This document shows, piece by piece, positions 63,501 through 64,000 of a stretch of 64,000 nt of DNA. Source of the DNA: Haliotis rubra (taxonomy: Eukaryota). The stretch lies in contig NW_025765170.1 in the NCBI RefSeq assembly GCF_003918875.1, positions 930,001 to 994,000 on the forward strand, in the 5' to 3' direction. The notes beneath the pieces are model-generated. The model was not told the origin of the DNA, ran no database searches, and was given only the letters and a program-made list of their open reading frames with translations. Both the position numbers and the translations under genes were made by a program. Position 1 is the first letter of the stretch; each line of letters opens with the position of its first letter.

Positions 63501-64000
63501 CATTGTTAAATAATGCAAGGTCGAGACCAATACAGTCTGTATTGGTACTTAGGGACTTACAGAATGGAACGGTGGCAGCAGCACTTACATCGTACAAAGA
63601 TAATTGAACACATTATGGCTCGTGATGAAGATCCGGGACAGATCCCTCTGGAATCATTATCCCGTGTAATTCTTTGATTCTTGGTGGTACAAGTCAGGAC
63701 ATCACTCCCCATAGTGCAACAATCTAATATTGCATTCCTTGTGTTCCTGTAAACTGTGTCTATCTGTAACGTGATTTGACTTTATGTCAGCCAGAGTTTT
63801 TTTTAAAAGGCTTGCTTTTTGTGGCACGTATGTTTGTAAAGGTCTGGAAATTGCAATGGAAAGATATGTCAAAATGCATTTATATACATAACATTGAAGC
63901 TAAATGTTTTTTGGGCTTTTTCAATGCCACTGTTATCCAGCAAGAAATGCATACCAGACCAAGTGAATCGTAAAAAAAATCATGAAAACATTTTTTATCA

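Overview
Repeat-rich, AT-rich eukaryotic genomic DNA, most likely a gastropod mollusc (abalone-like, inferred from the SINE families). No intact host protein-coding gene is supportable, and nearly all listed ORFs are artefacts of repeats. The window is dominated by (i) about 15 copies of a tRNA(Asp-like)-headed SINE (family A); (ii) about 20 copies or fragments of a SINE-like retroposon with no tRNA head (family B), which starts with a ~67-nt pseudoknot-capable module showing compensatory changes; (iii) Meta/MESC-type tRNA SINEs (family C); and (iv) a TSD-flanked putative LINE 3' end. All four share a covarying 3' stem-loop and a short-repeat tail, mostly (CTCA)n. Also present: a 5'-truncated Penelope-like element (GIY-YIG) with a U3-A8 variant minimal hammerhead ribozyme, an internally deleted Kolobok transposon (TTAA TSD, THAP and KolX relics), two Tc1 transposase relics, R4-like and I/Nimb-like LINE relics, several MITEs, minisatellites, a 2.5-kb pentamer-based satellite with higher-order structure, local segmental duplications, a promoter-like motif cluster near 48 kb and a 194-N assembly gap.
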